From contig UYFQ01000001.1 of the NCBI GenBank assembly GCA_900617105.1, forward strand, positions 3,472,001 to 3,536,000: a stretch of 64,000 bases of DNA, given 5' to 3'. Source of the DNA: Hydrurus foetidus. Lineage: Eukaryota. Below, one piece after another: positions 47,666 through 58,432 of the stretch. The notes below the pieces were generated by a model. It did no database searches. It was given only the letters and a program-made list of their open reading frames with translations, and was not told the DNA's origin. Both the position numbers and the translations under genes were made by a program. Numbering within the stretch: position 1 is the first letter of the stretch; each line of letters begins with the position of its first letter.

Positions 47666-48670
47666 ATGATTCGGTCCCCTAAATTAGTGAAAACCTTGTT
47701 GGCGGTTGCGATTGGCTTGGGTGCCGTGGCAGCCAGCGCGCAAGAAAAAGTCACCGTGCAATTGAAGTGGGTGGCGCAAAGCCAGTTTGCGGGCTACTAC
47801 GTTGCCGCCGCCAAGGGCTATTACAAAGAAGCCGGTCTTGATGTCACTATCAAGCCAGGCGGCCCAGACATTTCGCCAGTCCAAGCACTGGTCGGCAAGC
47901 AAGCCGACATCGCCGTAAACTGGATGCCCGATGCCCTGGCCGCGCGTGAAGCCGGCTCGGCACTCGTCAATGTCGCCCAAGTGTTCAACAAGTCCGGCTT
48001 GATGTTGACCTGCAAAAAGTCCAGCGGTGTGACCGGCCCTAAAGACCTCAAAGGCAAAACCCTGGGTGTTTGGTACGGCGGCAATGAATACCCTTTCATG
48101 AGCTACATGGCCAAGCTTGGCCTGGACACGACCAAAGACGTAAAGATTTTGAAGCAGGGCTTTAACGTTGACCCCCTGTTGCAAAACCAGGCGGCATGTA
48201 TTTCCACCATGATCTACAACGAGTACTGGCAAGTCATTGATGCAGGCGTGAAAGAAAGCGACCTGATCACTTTCTTTTATGAAGAGCAGGGCGTAGCGTC
48301 ACTCGAAGACGGCTTGTACGTGATGGAAGCCAATTTGAAAGACCCTGCCTTCGTGGCACGCATGGGCAAGTTTGTGAAAGCCACGCTTAAAGGCTGGAAC
48401 GAAGCCGTTAAAAACCCGGCTGAAGCCGCCAAAATCGTGGTCGAAGCCGACAAGTCTGGCAGCGCCAACTTGAAAGTGCAAACCCGTCAAATGGAAAACA
48501 TTGCCAAGCTGATCAGCACCGCGGGCACGGCAAAAATGGGCTACCTGGAGCCGGCCGCTTACGAGCGTACCGTCAAGGTACTGATGGCTGGCGGCAGTGC
48601 CCCGGTGATCAAAAAAGATCCGGGCAAAGCCGCCTGGACGCACGCTGTGTGGGATGCTGCGCAGAAATAA
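47666..48670 (+). CDS. ABC transporter substrate-binding protein (NMT1/THI5-like)
   Basis: Signal peptide, VQLKWVAQSQFAGYYVA..KGYY...GLDVTIKPGGPDI; AAGGAG before ATG 47666. Confidence 0.9.
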   Translation: MIRSPKLVKTLLAVAIGLGAVAASAQEKVTVQLKWVAQSQFAGYYVAAAKGYYKEAGLDVTIKPGGPDISPVQALVGKQADIAVNWMPDALAAREAGSALVNVAQVFNKSGLMLTCKKSSGVTGPKDLKGKTLGVWYGGNEYPFMSYMAKLGLDTTKDVKILKQGFNVDPLLQNQAACISTMIYNEYWQVIDAGVKESDLITFFYEEQGVASLEDGLYVMEANLKDPAFVARMGKFVKATLKGWNEAVKNPAEAAKIVVEADKSGSANLKVQTRQMENIAKLISTAGTAKMGYLEPAAYERTVKVLMAGGSAPVIKKDPGKAAWTHAVWDAAQK

Positions 48671-48693
48671 CCTGTCGCACCGCTGATTAAACT

Positions 48694-48726
48694 AAGGGCG
48701 CATCTGCAGGGATGTGCCCTTTTTTT
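48694..48726 (+). terminator. Rho-independent terminator
   Basis: AAGGGCGCATC-TGCAGG-GATGTGCCCTT followed by a T run, just after the binding-protein gene. Confidence 0.8.
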
Positions 48727-48745
48727 CGCTCTCACAACCTTCTAA

Positions 48746-49390
48746 ATGCTGACTTCAATGCCTGAGACCACCACGCCAGACGCTGCCAAAGGCCAAATTC
48801 GCCAAGCCAACGAATTGCTGATTCTGGAGGCTGCTGAAAAGGTGTTTGCCCGTGCCGGTTTTGGTGGTGCCACCATGGCCGCAATTGCAGAGGCCAGTGG
48901 TTTGCCCAAGGCCAATTTGCACTATTACTTTGGCAGCAAAGAAGTGCTGTACCGCAACGTGTTGGCGCAGATTTTGAGCGACTGGCTTGAGTCGACAAGT
49001 TGCATCACTATGGATGCTGAGCCGCGCGTTGCCATTGAGCAATACATTCGCGCCAAGATGGCGTTGGCCAAACTGCGGCCTGATGGCTCCAAGGTATTTG
49101 CCAACGAACTGCTTCACGGCGCGCCAGTGGTTAAGGCGCTGTTAGAAACTGATTTGCGCGACTTGGTGCTGAACAAAGCCGCCGTGATTCAAAGCTGGGT
49201 AAGCGATGGGCGCATGGCGAACGTGAATGGCACGCATTTGTTTTTCACGATCTGGGCCGCCACGCAAACCTATGCAGATTTTGATGTGCAAGTCAGTGCG
49301 GTGCTGGGTCGCAGCAAGCTGACTGCACGTGATCATGCCGAGGCGACTGAGCATGTGGTGTCGTTAATTTTGCGGGGTTGTGGACTTTAA
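48746..49390 (+). CDS. rutR: TetR-family regulator, RutR-like
   Basis: ILEAAEKVFARAGFGGATM..IA..SGLPKANLHYYF HTH; SKVFANE and FTIWAATQTYADF C-terminal motifs; pyrimidine cluster context. Start may be ATG 48758. Confidence 0.82.
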   Translation: MLTSMPETTTPDAAKGQIRQANELLILEAAEKVFARAGFGGATMAAIAEASGLPKANLHYYFGSKEVLYRNVLAQILSDWLESTSCITMDAEPRVAIEQYIRAKMALAKLRPDGSKVFANELLHGAPVVKALLETDLRDLVLNKAAVIQSWVSDGRMANVNGTHLFFTIWAATQTYADFDVQVSAVLGRSKLTARDHAEATEHVVSLILRGCGL

Positions 49391-49425
49391 GCTTAATGTT
49401 GTAAAACCAACGGTAACCGTTTAAT

Positions 49426-50592
49426 ATGCAACGTATGTTAAATCGATCAAGTCTTCAAAGAATCCAGAAACTAATGCGCCAGTTTCCTGCGCTGGCTCTT
49501 TTGGGCCCGCGCCAAGTGGGCAAGACCACGCTGTCTCGCAGCATTGCGCAAGAATTGAACGGGGTGTATTTTGATCTGGAGCGCCCCTCTGATCGGCTTA
49601 AATTAAGTGACCCTGAGCTGGTGCTGGGTGCTTTGGCAAACCGGCTGGTGGTGCTCGATGAAGTGCAGCGTACACCAGGCTTGTTTGAGGTCTTGCGGCC
49701 GCTGATTGACGAGCAACGTACGCCTGGCCGGTTTTTGCTGCTGGGCTCAGCGTCACCCGATTTGCTTCATCAAGCTTCTGAGTCGCTGGCGGGCCGCATG
49801 GGTATCGTTGAGCTGGCACCCTTTAATGTTTCAGAGCTGGGCATTGACTTTGATACGTTGCCTAAATATTTGCTACGAGGTGGTTTTCCGCAAAGCTGGC
49901 TGGCTGCAACGGATGACGATTCATTCGAGTGGCGCGATGCTTTTGTACGCAGTTTTTTAGAGCGCGACATGCCGCAATTCGGGTTTCGCTTTCCGGCTGC
50001 AACATTGCAGCGCTTTTGGACCATGCTGGCGCATTGGCATGGCCAGCTATGGAACGCGTCGCGCCTGGCCCAAAGCATGGGGGTCTCTGCCCCTGCTATT
50101 GGTCGATATCTTGATGCACTTGAAGGTGCTTTCATGTTGCGCAGCTTGCAGCCAATGGAAGCCAACGTGATGAAGCGCCTGGTCAAATCTCCCAAGGTGT
50201 ATGTGCGAGACAGCGGCCTGCTGCTGGCTTTGCTAGACGTTCGCAGCTTGACTCAATTGGCTGGACACCCGGTGGCAGGCGCATTGTGGGAGGGCGTCGT
50301 GATTGAGCAATTGATCGGAGCCAAACCACCCACCGTACAGGCCAATTTTTACCGCACAGCCCGCGGCGCAGAGGTCGATTTGGTGTTGCACAGCAGTCGT
50401 GTACGTGTGGCCATTGAATGCAAGTTCTCCAGCACGCCCAAGCCAGCGCGTGGTTTTCACGAGGCAATGTCTGACTTGCAGGCAGACAAAGGCTTTGTGA
50501 TTGCGCCGGTCAGGCAGGCTTTTGATTTGTCTGCCAACGTGCGCGTATTGCCAATCAATGACTTGTCGGCTGTTTGGGCGGCTTTGGCGTAG
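49426..50592 (+). CDS. AAA ATPase with DUF4143-type C-terminal region
   Basis: GPRQVGKTT, LDEVQ, LLGSAS..SESLAGR, RGGFP, KSPKVYVRDSGL, EVDLV..AIECK. Confidence 0.85.
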   Translation: MQRMLNRSSLQRIQKLMRQFPALALLGPRQVGKTTLSRSIAQELNGVYFDLERPSDRLKLSDPELVLGALANRLVVLDEVQRTPGLFEVLRPLIDEQRTPGRFLLLGSASPDLLHQASESLAGRMGIVELAPFNVSELGIDFDTLPKYLLRGGFPQSWLAATDDDSFEWRDAFVRSFLERDMPQFGFRFPAATLQRFWTMLAHWHGQLWNASRLAQSMGVSAPAIGRYLDALEGAFMLRSLQPMEANVMKRLVKSPKVYVRDSGLLLALLDVRSLTQLAGHPVAGALWEGVVIEQLIGAKPPTVQANFYRTARGAEVDLVLHSSRVRVAIECKFSSTPKPARGFHEAMSDLQADKGFVIAPVRQAFDLSANVRVLPINDLSAVWAALA

Positions 50593-50605
50593 TAAGGATC
50601 GTGGT

Positions 50606-51889
50606 CTAAATCATCCAAGAAGTCTGAGCAGGCCGCCCCGGCAACTTCAAGCTGCTCGATGCTGGCGCGCATTCAGCCAGCAATTTGCCGCGCTTGAACA
50701 CTTTAAGCCGCGTTGCGCGCAGCCGAATCGCCTCAACCACATCACGCGCTTGCAGCAGTACAAAGTCTGCGTTACAACCCGCTTCAACCCCGTAGTTTTT
50801 CAACTGCATGACCTTGGCTGCGTTGGTGGTCACCATTTCAAAGCACTGGCGCATCGCGGCCTGGCTGGTCATTTGCCCAACGTGCAGGCCCATGTGCGCA
50901 ACTTCGAGCATGTCGCCGCTGCCCAGGCTGTACCACGGGTCCATTGCGCAATCTTGCCCAAATGCCACGTTCACGCCGTGCGCCAGCAGCTCGGGCACGC
51001 GGGTCATTCCGCGTCGCTTCGGGTACGTGTCATGCCTGCCCTGCAATGTGATGTTGATCAGCGGGTTGGCCACCACATGCAGCTGCGCCTCAGCGATTAG
51101 CGGCATCAGTTTGCTGACGTAATAGTTGTCCATGCTGTGCATTGAGGTGACGTGCGAGCCAGTCACCCGGCCCTGCAAACCAAGGCGCTGCGTCTCAAAA
51201 GCCAGCGTTTCTACATGGCGTGATAGTGGGTCGTCAGATTCGTCGCAGTGCATGTCGACCAACAAGCCACGCTCAGCCGCCAGCTCGCACAGCAGTTTGA
51301 CGCTTAGCATGCCGTCAGCATATGTTCGCTCAAAGTGCGGAATGCCGCCGACCACGTCTACGCCTTTGTCGAGTGCGCGTTTCAGGTTGGCCATGTGCTG
51401 GTCGGCACCCAACGGGCCGCGCAACACGCCGTCTTGCGGAAAGGCGACCAGTTGCAAATCAACATGCGGCGCAACGCGTTTTTTAACATCCAGCAATGCA
51501 TCAACCGCCAACAGCGAAGGGTCACACACATCCACATGCGTACGAATCGCCAGCAGCCCATTGGCAATCGCCCAGTCGCAATACGCCATGACGCGGTCTA
51601 CCAGCGCGTCGTAAGTCAGCAGCGGTTTCAGCTCACCCCAAAGCGCAATGCCTTCCAGCAGCGTGCCTGATGCATTGACGCGCGGCAGGCCGTAGCTGAG
51701 CGTCGCGTCCATGTGAAAGTGCGCGTCTACAAATGGCGGAGCCAGCAACATGCCGCCTGCGTTAAGTGTTTCATGGGCCGGGGCAGTTAAGCCCTGTTTG
51801 ACTTCAATGATTTTTCCGTCTTGCACCGCGACGGACATGCCGATACGTCCATCGGGCAAGCTTGCGTTAGTGATTAGCAGATCAAGCAT
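50606..51889 (-). CDS. codA: Cytosine deaminase-like metallo-amidohydrolase
   Basis: PFVDAHFHMD, SGTLLEGIALW, LQLVAFPQDG, DMHCDESDD, GSHVTSM, FGQDCAMDPWY. Confidence 0.85.
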   Translation of the reverse strand: MLDLLITNASLPDGRIGMSVAVQDGKIIEVKQGLTAPAHETLNAGGMLLAPPFVDAHFHMDATLSYGLPRVNASGTLLEGIALWGELKPLLTYDALVDRVMAYCDWAIANGLLAIRTHVDVCDPSLLAVDALLDVKKRVAPHVDLQLVAFPQDGVLRGPLGADQHMANLKRALDKGVDVVGGIPHFERTYADGMLSVKLLCELAAERGLLVDMHCDESDDPLSRHVETLAFETQRLGLQGRVTGSHVTSMHSMDNYYVSKLMPLIAEAQLHVVANPLINITLQGRHDTYPKRRGMTRVPELLAHGVNVAFGQDCAMDPWYSLGSGDMLEVAHMGLHVGQMTSQAAMRQCFEMVTTNAAKVMQLKNYGVEAGCNADFVLLQARDVVEAIRLRATRLKVFKRGKLLAECAPASSSLKLPGRPAQTSWMI

Positions 51890-51910
51890 TTTCAAATTTC
51901 AAATGCGGGC

Positions 51911-52204
51911 TCATTGAAAGTCGTCTTCTTTTTGATGCTTGATTCGGGCTATGGTGATCTCGCCGCTCGGCAGGTGTCGAAATCGGGCGATGTAGCCACT
52001 GCTACCAAAATCAATAATTGCTTCTCGGTGGTACACCTTGCCTTCTACGGGTCTAAAGCGTTCAGGCATGAAAGCCACTTTCTCCAACGCGGCCCGGATC
52101 ACCGAAACGGCCCGCCTAGCCACGTCTGCGTCTTGAGTTAGCAGGAAGTCATGAATGCGTTTGAGATCGGCGATGGCTTGCGCAGAATACTTTACGGATG
52201 ACAT
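51911..52204 (-). CDS. RelE/ParE-family toxin
   Basis: YSAQAIADLKRIHDFL...REAIIDFGSSGYIARFR...IARIKHQKE; overlaps the antitoxin stop. Confidence 0.85.
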   Translation of the reverse strand: MSSVKYSAQAIADLKRIHDFLLTQDADVARRAVSVIRAALEKVAFMPERFRPVEGKVYHREAIIDFGSSGYIARFRHLPSGEITIARIKHQKEDDFQ

Positions 52205-52479
52205 ACCGGAGCAGGCAATTCTTTAACCGTCCCCCATGAGTCCATCCATGCCGTGACTTCAGCGTGCGTGGCATGAAGTCCTGTCTCGTCAAAATGCTTT
52301 AACGCCGCGTCGCAGCTTTCAAACCAGGCGTGCTCCCGCTCTTTTTTGTCAATCATGTCGTAAACCGCTTCAGTTGCAAGAGCATGCGCGCTGCGCTTGT
52401 GCCGCTCGGCTAGCTTTTGTAGCCGTTCTCGAGCGGCAACGTCTATACGCAAAGACATGGGGGCAGTTGATGTTCTCAT
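52192..52479 (-). CDS. CopG/RHH-type antitoxin
   Basis: MSLRID...RERLQKLA...RSAH.LA.EA, C-terminal TGLHATHAEVTAWMDSWG. Confidence 0.8.
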   Translation of the reverse strand: MRTSTAPMSLRIDVAARERLQKLAERHKRSAHALATEAVYDMIDKKEREHAWFESCDAALKHFDETGLHATHAEVTAWMDSWGTVKELPAPVCHP

Positions 52480-53078
52480 GGGTTGTTCGCTTTGATTTAA
52501 AATCAATGTAATACATATTACAGCAAAGTAGCATCAGCGTGCTGATGGATCTGCCCCGCTGTCAACCTCACCCCAGCCAACCCGGCCAGCCGGATAAGCG
52601 TATCCCGCCCCCGCGAATTAAACGTGGTCCGGCACAAAAATAGCAACTTCACAGCGGACGCGTTGATTGGCATGGTGGTGCGCACTGGGCAGCCGCTGCA
52701 AATTACGCGTTGAGTTGACATCTCGGATATGTACCTAAATTCAATGTATGTCGCTATGAATTTCAAAGCAGCTTGCGCCTGAATTTATTGGCTCAGAGAA
52801 TTTTTGATGCCTGAAAAATCGGCCGCGGTAGTCAAGCGGTGGCATTGCAAGGCTGGCCAAGTGTCCTGATGTGCCTCTAGTCGATGCATCAATGAAAGAC
52901 CTGACCCTCGGGGTTCTCGGGGTTTCTCAAGTGCCCCGTGAATGTCGAATTGGTGGCGGCGTGACCCTGCAGCATGTGCAGGGGGAGCGGTAGGGGATGC
53001 GATATTGAACCACCTGACCACAGTTCTGTGCCTCTTGAAAGACGCGCGCTGACGATGACCCCACTGACATTTCGAATT

Positions 53079-54353
53079 CTAGAATTTCCAGTTCCTGATT
53101 CGTGCATAAACCTTGAACACAGGATCGGTGAATCGATAGTATTTGTCTCGAATCTTTACCAGAACAGGTGTTGTCAACGTGTTATCCGGCGAGGTGAGCT
53201 GCTTCATTAACTGAGAGGGATTTGAGATGTCAAACCCCTTGGCTAACGCATAAATTTCCTCAGATTGAATTTCATTGTCAGAAGATTCTGCGAATAGTTT
53301 TAATAGGATTTCTCGTTGAGGAGAGTTTTTTACAGATTCGTGATAAACGTTCTCGAATGTATTTGTGAGGCGACCATCCGATATATTTTTTGAAAGTAGT
53401 CGAATGTCATCCATCGTAACTTCGTCCCCTGCACGCTCATAAGTTAGGAGCATAGCCTCCTTGCCAAGCAGGTGAACAAAATAAGGAAATCCTTCTGATT
53501 TTTTACAAATCTCATCGCGCGATGGATTAGAAAATGTAATCGCGTCGTGAACTTGTTGCACCGCTCGATTTAGGATCTGGGCTCGTTCCGACTCAGGCAT
53601 CAAAGGAACATCAATGAAGTCAATTTGTCGACTTATTGAACTATGGTCCTTTAATAGCTCGGTGACGTTCGCTCCAATCCCCACCACCCCAAACCGGACA
53701 AAATCACCTGAACACGCTTTGACAATCGACGCAAAACCGGTTTTATCAACGATGGTGTCAAATTCGTCGACCAGAATAAGTAATCCATCTTTTTCTTGGT
53801 TGTCTCTTCGGATAGTGCCCAATAAAGCGCGGAACTGTTGAATCAGATCATCTGAAACATACGGCGCATATTTACTTTCTTCTACACCCTTTGCCCCGAT
53901 TTTTGCTCCAAAGGCCGCAATACCGCCCTCCACTCCAAGTGTCCGCTTAAATTCCGCCAATTGTTTATCACCTGATTTCGTTAAGGAAAAAAGCGATGCA
54001 TTTACTTCGTCACCGAAAAGTATTCGCTTCAGTAAATCAGAGATGTTGTGAACAAATCCATCGCTTACATAGCGGTGGACGATGTAATTAAAAGGCTTAT
54101 TAGGTAGGTTCCTTTCCAGTCCGAGCGAAACAGGAAGCGTCTTATTGCCTTCCGCTATTAACTTTATTTGATGTGCAATCGATGACTTTCCAACTCCGCG
54201 AAGACCAAAAATAGCGAGAAAGCTTCCAGGGTTTAGAAGTGCATTTATTGCCTTCTTAATTTCGTCTGCGCGACCGACAAAGAACTTCGGATCGAGAATT
54301 TCTTTTGAGGGTGAAAAAGCGGCATGGATGCTTCGAGGGTCTAAATTTGGCAT
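53079..54353 (-). CDS. P-loop ATPase, STAND / Orc1-Cdc6-like with a putative C-terminal winged helix
   Basis: FVGRADEI, GLRGVGKSS (Walker A), LILVDEFD (Walker B), SEGFPYFVHLLG (GxP), YRFTDP; visibly more AT-rich than the flanks. Confidence 0.8.
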   Translation of the reverse strand: MPNLDPRSIHAAFSPSKEILDPKFFVGRADEIKKAINALLNPGSFLAIFGLRGVGKSSIAHQIKLIAEGNKTLPVSLGLERNLPNKPFNYIVHRYVSDGFVHNISDLLKRILFGDEVNASLFSLTKSGDKQLAEFKRTLGVEGGIAAFGAKIGAKGVEESKYAPYVSDDLIQQFRALLGTIRRDNQEKDGLLILVDEFDTIVDKTGFASIVKACSGDFVRFGVVGIGANVTELLKDHSSISRQIDFIDVPLMPESERAQILNRAVQQVHDAITFSNPSRDEICKKSEGFPYFVHLLGKEAMLLTYERAGDEVTMDDIRLLSKNISDGRLTNTFENVYHESVKNSPQREILLKLFAESSDNEIQSEEIYALAKGFDISNPSQLMKQLTSPDNTLTTPVLVKIRDKYYRFTDPVFKVYARIRNWKF

Positions 54354-54459
54354 GAAAGTTCGTTTTTGTAGTGGTGGAGCCAACGGATCGGACGACGCGA
54401 GACCGACTTGTACACATCTTGTTTGCTACCAAGATGAATACACAGGAATTTGGGGTCGG

Positions 54460-54496
54460 AAAGGGATTTAGGGTCAGAAAGGGATTTAGGGTCAGA
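54460..54496 (+). repeat. 18-bp tandem duplication AAAGGGATTTAGGGTCAG
   Basis: Two adjacent copies, preceded by TTTGGGGTCGG. Confidence 0.85.
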
Positions 54497-54700
54497 TACC
54501 GTCTTGAGCTATGGGGATCAGATTTTTAATTATCGTGTTTTTAACGCAAGCAACGATCGCACTCCAGTTGCAATTGCTATTTAATCATGAGCTGCTTACG
54601 CCCATATTTATTTTGTTAGAGGGCCGGAGGGTCAGGTCTTTCGTTATCGTGTTCACGGCAATATGTCTTCATTCCGCCCCTGTAATTCCCAATCGTTTGC

Positions 54701-55117
54701 TCAACCAACGCCGTGCATCTGCCAAAACTGGGCTGCTGCAGTTACCGGATACTTTTCAGCCAAAGCGAGCAAAGCCTTGTCGCCGGTGGTGAGGTAGTCT
54801 GCTTTCGCGGCCACAAGCGTGCCCAAAATAGCCTGATCGAAAGGATCAGTCAGCTGCTCATCCCAATGCTCGGCAGGCTCTACCAAGTCCGCCTGAAAAG
54901 CAAGGCAGTCCACCAAATCTGCAATGCCATCATCAGACAAACCATGGCGCGAACGCAATTTGGGCAGCACGCGGCGCAGCTCATCCAAAATGTAATGACT
55001 GAGGCTGACCTGCAGCGAGGCACCTCGCCAAGCCGAAACAATTGAGCCCGGTATGCTGGCTGGGTAGGCCAAGCCACTGAGCAGCACGTTGGTGTCCAGC
55101 ACAACATGAATTGCCAT
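54701..55117 (-). CDS. PIN-family toxin
   Basis: VVLDTNVLLSGL, ILDELRRVL, DPFDQAIL, ADYLTTGDKALL. Confidence 0.9.
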   Translation of the reverse strand: MAIHVVLDTNVLLSGLAYPASIPGSIVSAWRGASLQVSLSHYILDELRRVLPKLRSRHGLSDDGIADLVDCLAFQADLVEPAEHWDEQLTDPFDQAILGTLVAAKADYLTTGDKALLALAEKYPVTAAAQFWQMHGVG

Positions 55118-55127
55118 GGGCGCAGGC

Positions 55128-55430
55128 TTACTTGACTTTAGTTACGAGTTTGCTCGCTCCGGCGCGAGGGCGTTCAGCCTGCACGGCGGCATCGATTTCA
55201 GCCATGCCCGCATCTTGCGGCGTGACCGCAAAACCCTGAGCCAAGCGCTGAGACAGCGAGTCAAACCGCGCCTGCATGCGGCGGATGCGCTCAAAAAGCC
55301 GCGCATCTACCAAGGCGGCAATCGATTTACCGTCTTTGTTGATGACGATGCTGTCGCTGCGGTAATGCACCTGGTTGAGCATGTCGCCCAGGTTTTGGCG
55401 GAAGCTGACTGCTGAAGTTTCTGTGATCAT
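55128..55430 (-). CDS. Phd/YefM-family antitoxin
   Basis: SAVSFRQNLGDMLNQV...IVINKDGKSIAALVD; AAGGAG upstream of ATG 55430. Confidence 0.87.
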   Translation of the reverse strand: MITETSAVSFRQNLGDMLNQVHYRSDSIVINKDGKSIAALVDARLFERIRRMQARFDSLSQRLAQGFAVTPQDAGMAEIDAAVQAERPRAGASKLVTKVK

Positions 55431-55450
55431 GATGCGCTCCTTTTTGTCAT

Positions 55451-55477
55451 TATGACCGATATGGTCAATATGATCAA
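55451..55477. promoter_or_regulatory. Probable antitoxin autoregulatory operator
   Basis: TGACC-GATAT-GGTCA palindrome within three 9-bp quasi-repeats (TATGACCGA TATGGTCAA TATGATCAA), just upstream of the Phd gene. Confidence 0.55.
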
Positions 55478-55543
55478 GTTGCAGCGCCTTTCGCCTTCTG
55501 CCCAAATCCAAATCGGTGCTGTTAATGGATACAGTGCTTAAAT

Positions 55544-55597
55544 GCTATGAATACAATAGCTGCTTGCGCCCGTATTTAGCGCGCCAGAGCACTAAAA
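55544..55597 (+). repeat. Family A repeat (intergenic, at the islet edge)
   Basis: GCTATGAATACAATAGCTGCTTGCGCCCGTATTTAGCGCGCCAGAGCACTAAAA. Confidence 0.82.
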
Positions 55598-55618
55598 CAC
55601 CCATAAATAGCACGCAAA

Positions 55619-56878
55619 TTACGTGCCAGCACGCTCCAGCATCGCATGCAGCAGCACGTTGCAGCCGGCTTCCAAATGCTCCAGCGTGGCGTCTTCAATT
55701 TCGTTGTGGCTGATGCCGTCTTTGCACGGAATAAAAATCATGCCTGCGGGTGCCAGCTTGGCCATGTACACGGCGTCGTGGCCTGCGCCCGAGACCACGG
55801 GCATGTTGCTGTAGCCCAGCTTGTTGGTGGCTCTGGCAACCGCATCAATGCAATCGGGGTGAAAGCCGATTGCTGAGTAGGTTGACACCAGTTCAATTTT
55901 GATGGGCAGCCCGGTTTGCTGGCTCATCTTGGCGGCGAAGGCTTTGACTTCATCTGCCATTTGATCAACCAGCGCGTCGGTGGAATTGCGCAAGTCGATA
56001 GAAAACTTGACCTCGCCTGGAATCACGTTGCGGCTGTTGGGGTGAATGTGCACCATGCCCACCGTGCCGCGCCCGTGCGGTGCGTGGCGCAGTGCGGCAG
56101 CTACCGTTTCTTGCATGATGTGGGTGGCTACCTGCAGCGCGTCTTTGCGCAGCGCCATGGGCGTGGGGCCAGCGTGGGCTTCCATGCCGGTCACGGTGCA
56201 GTCAAACCAGCGAATGCCCAACACGCCTTGCACCACGCCGATGGTGATGTTGTGGTCTTCCAGCACCGGGCCTTGCTCAATGTGCGTTTCAAAAAATGCG
56301 CCGATGGCGTGGTCGCCAGGTTCTTGCTCGCCAATGTAGCCAATGCGGGCCAGCTCATCGCCAACGGTTTTGCCCTCGGTGTCTTTGGCGGCGTAGGCGT
56401 GCTCTAGCGTGAAGGCTTTGGCAAACACGCCCGAGCCCATCATCACTGGTACAAAGCGCGAGCCTTCTTCATTGGTCCAGAAAGACACTTCAATCGGCGC
56501 TTCGGTTTCAATGTTGTTTTCGTTCAGCGTGCGCACCACTTCAATGCCGGCCAGCACGCCGTAGTTGCCGTCAAACTTGCCGCCGGTCGGCTGGGTGTCA
56601 ATGTGGCTGCCGGTGACGATGGGCGGCAGCGCGTTGTTGCGGCCCGCGCGACGCATGAAGCCGTTGCCGATTTTGTCGATGGTGATCGTCATACCGGCTT
56701 CCTTGGCCCACTTGATGACTAGGTCGCGCCCTTGTTTGTCGAGGTCGGTCAGCGTCAGGCGGCACACGCCGCCTTTGGGTGTGGCGCCAATTTTGGCTAG
56801 TTCCATCAGCGAGTCCCACAGGCGATTACCGTTGATTCGCAAGGTGTCAATGTTTGTTTTATCAAGTACAGCAATCAT
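55619..56878 (-). CDS. pydC: Zn-dependent hydrolase (beta-ureidopropionase / N-carbamoyl-amino acid hydrolase, M20 family)
   Basis: GSHIDTQPTGGKFDGNYGV, WTNEEGSRF, ETHIEQGP, SGAGHDA, GISHNEIE; downstream of hydA. Confidence 0.85.
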   Translation of the reverse strand: MIAVLDKTNIDTLRINGNRLWDSLMELAKIGATPKGGVCRLTLTDLDKQGRDLVIKWAKEAGMTITIDKIGNGFMRRAGRNNALPPIVTGSHIDTQPTGGKFDGNYGVLAGIEVVRTLNENNIETEAPIEVSFWTNEEGSRFVPVMMGSGVFAKAFTLEHAYAAKDTEGKTVGDELARIGYIGEQEPGDHAIGAFFETHIEQGPVLEDHNITIGVVQGVLGIRWFDCTVTGMEAHAGPTPMALRKDALQVATHIMQETVAAALRHAPHGRGTVGMVHIHPNSRNVIPGEVKFSIDLRNSTDALVDQMADEVKAFAAKMSQQTGLPIKIELVSTYSAIGFHPDCIDAVARATNKLGYSNMPVVSGAGHDAVYMAKLAPAGMIFIPCKDGISHNEIEDATLEHLEAGCNVLLHAMLERAGT

Positions 56879-56916
56879 GATGAGTTCCTTGTGCCTGAGA
56901 GTTAAAGATAAAGAAA

Positions 56917-58416
<1,500 letters not shown>

Positions 58417-58432
58417 TTAAAAAGTTTAATCA

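Larger units (their letters stand above)
52894..54642. mobile_element. Inverted-repeat-bounded cassette carrying a low-GC ATPase gene (no transposase)
   Basis: GAAAGACCTGACCCTC (52894-52909) and GAGGGTCAGGTCTTTC (54627-54642) are exact reverse complements; further degenerate GGTCAG copies lie inside. Confidence 0.55.

Noticed and set aside
52518..53021. Short ORFs 52518-52766 and 52785-53021 (-)
   Set aside because: No recognisable family or ribosome-binding site, and one spans the inverted repeat. They may be gene remnants but cannot be supported.
55452..55468. ATGACCGATATGGTCAA as a third RutR box
   Set aside because: Half-site spacing is one base longer than the RutR palindrome and it sits at the Phd/PIN promoter, so it is better explained as a TA operator.
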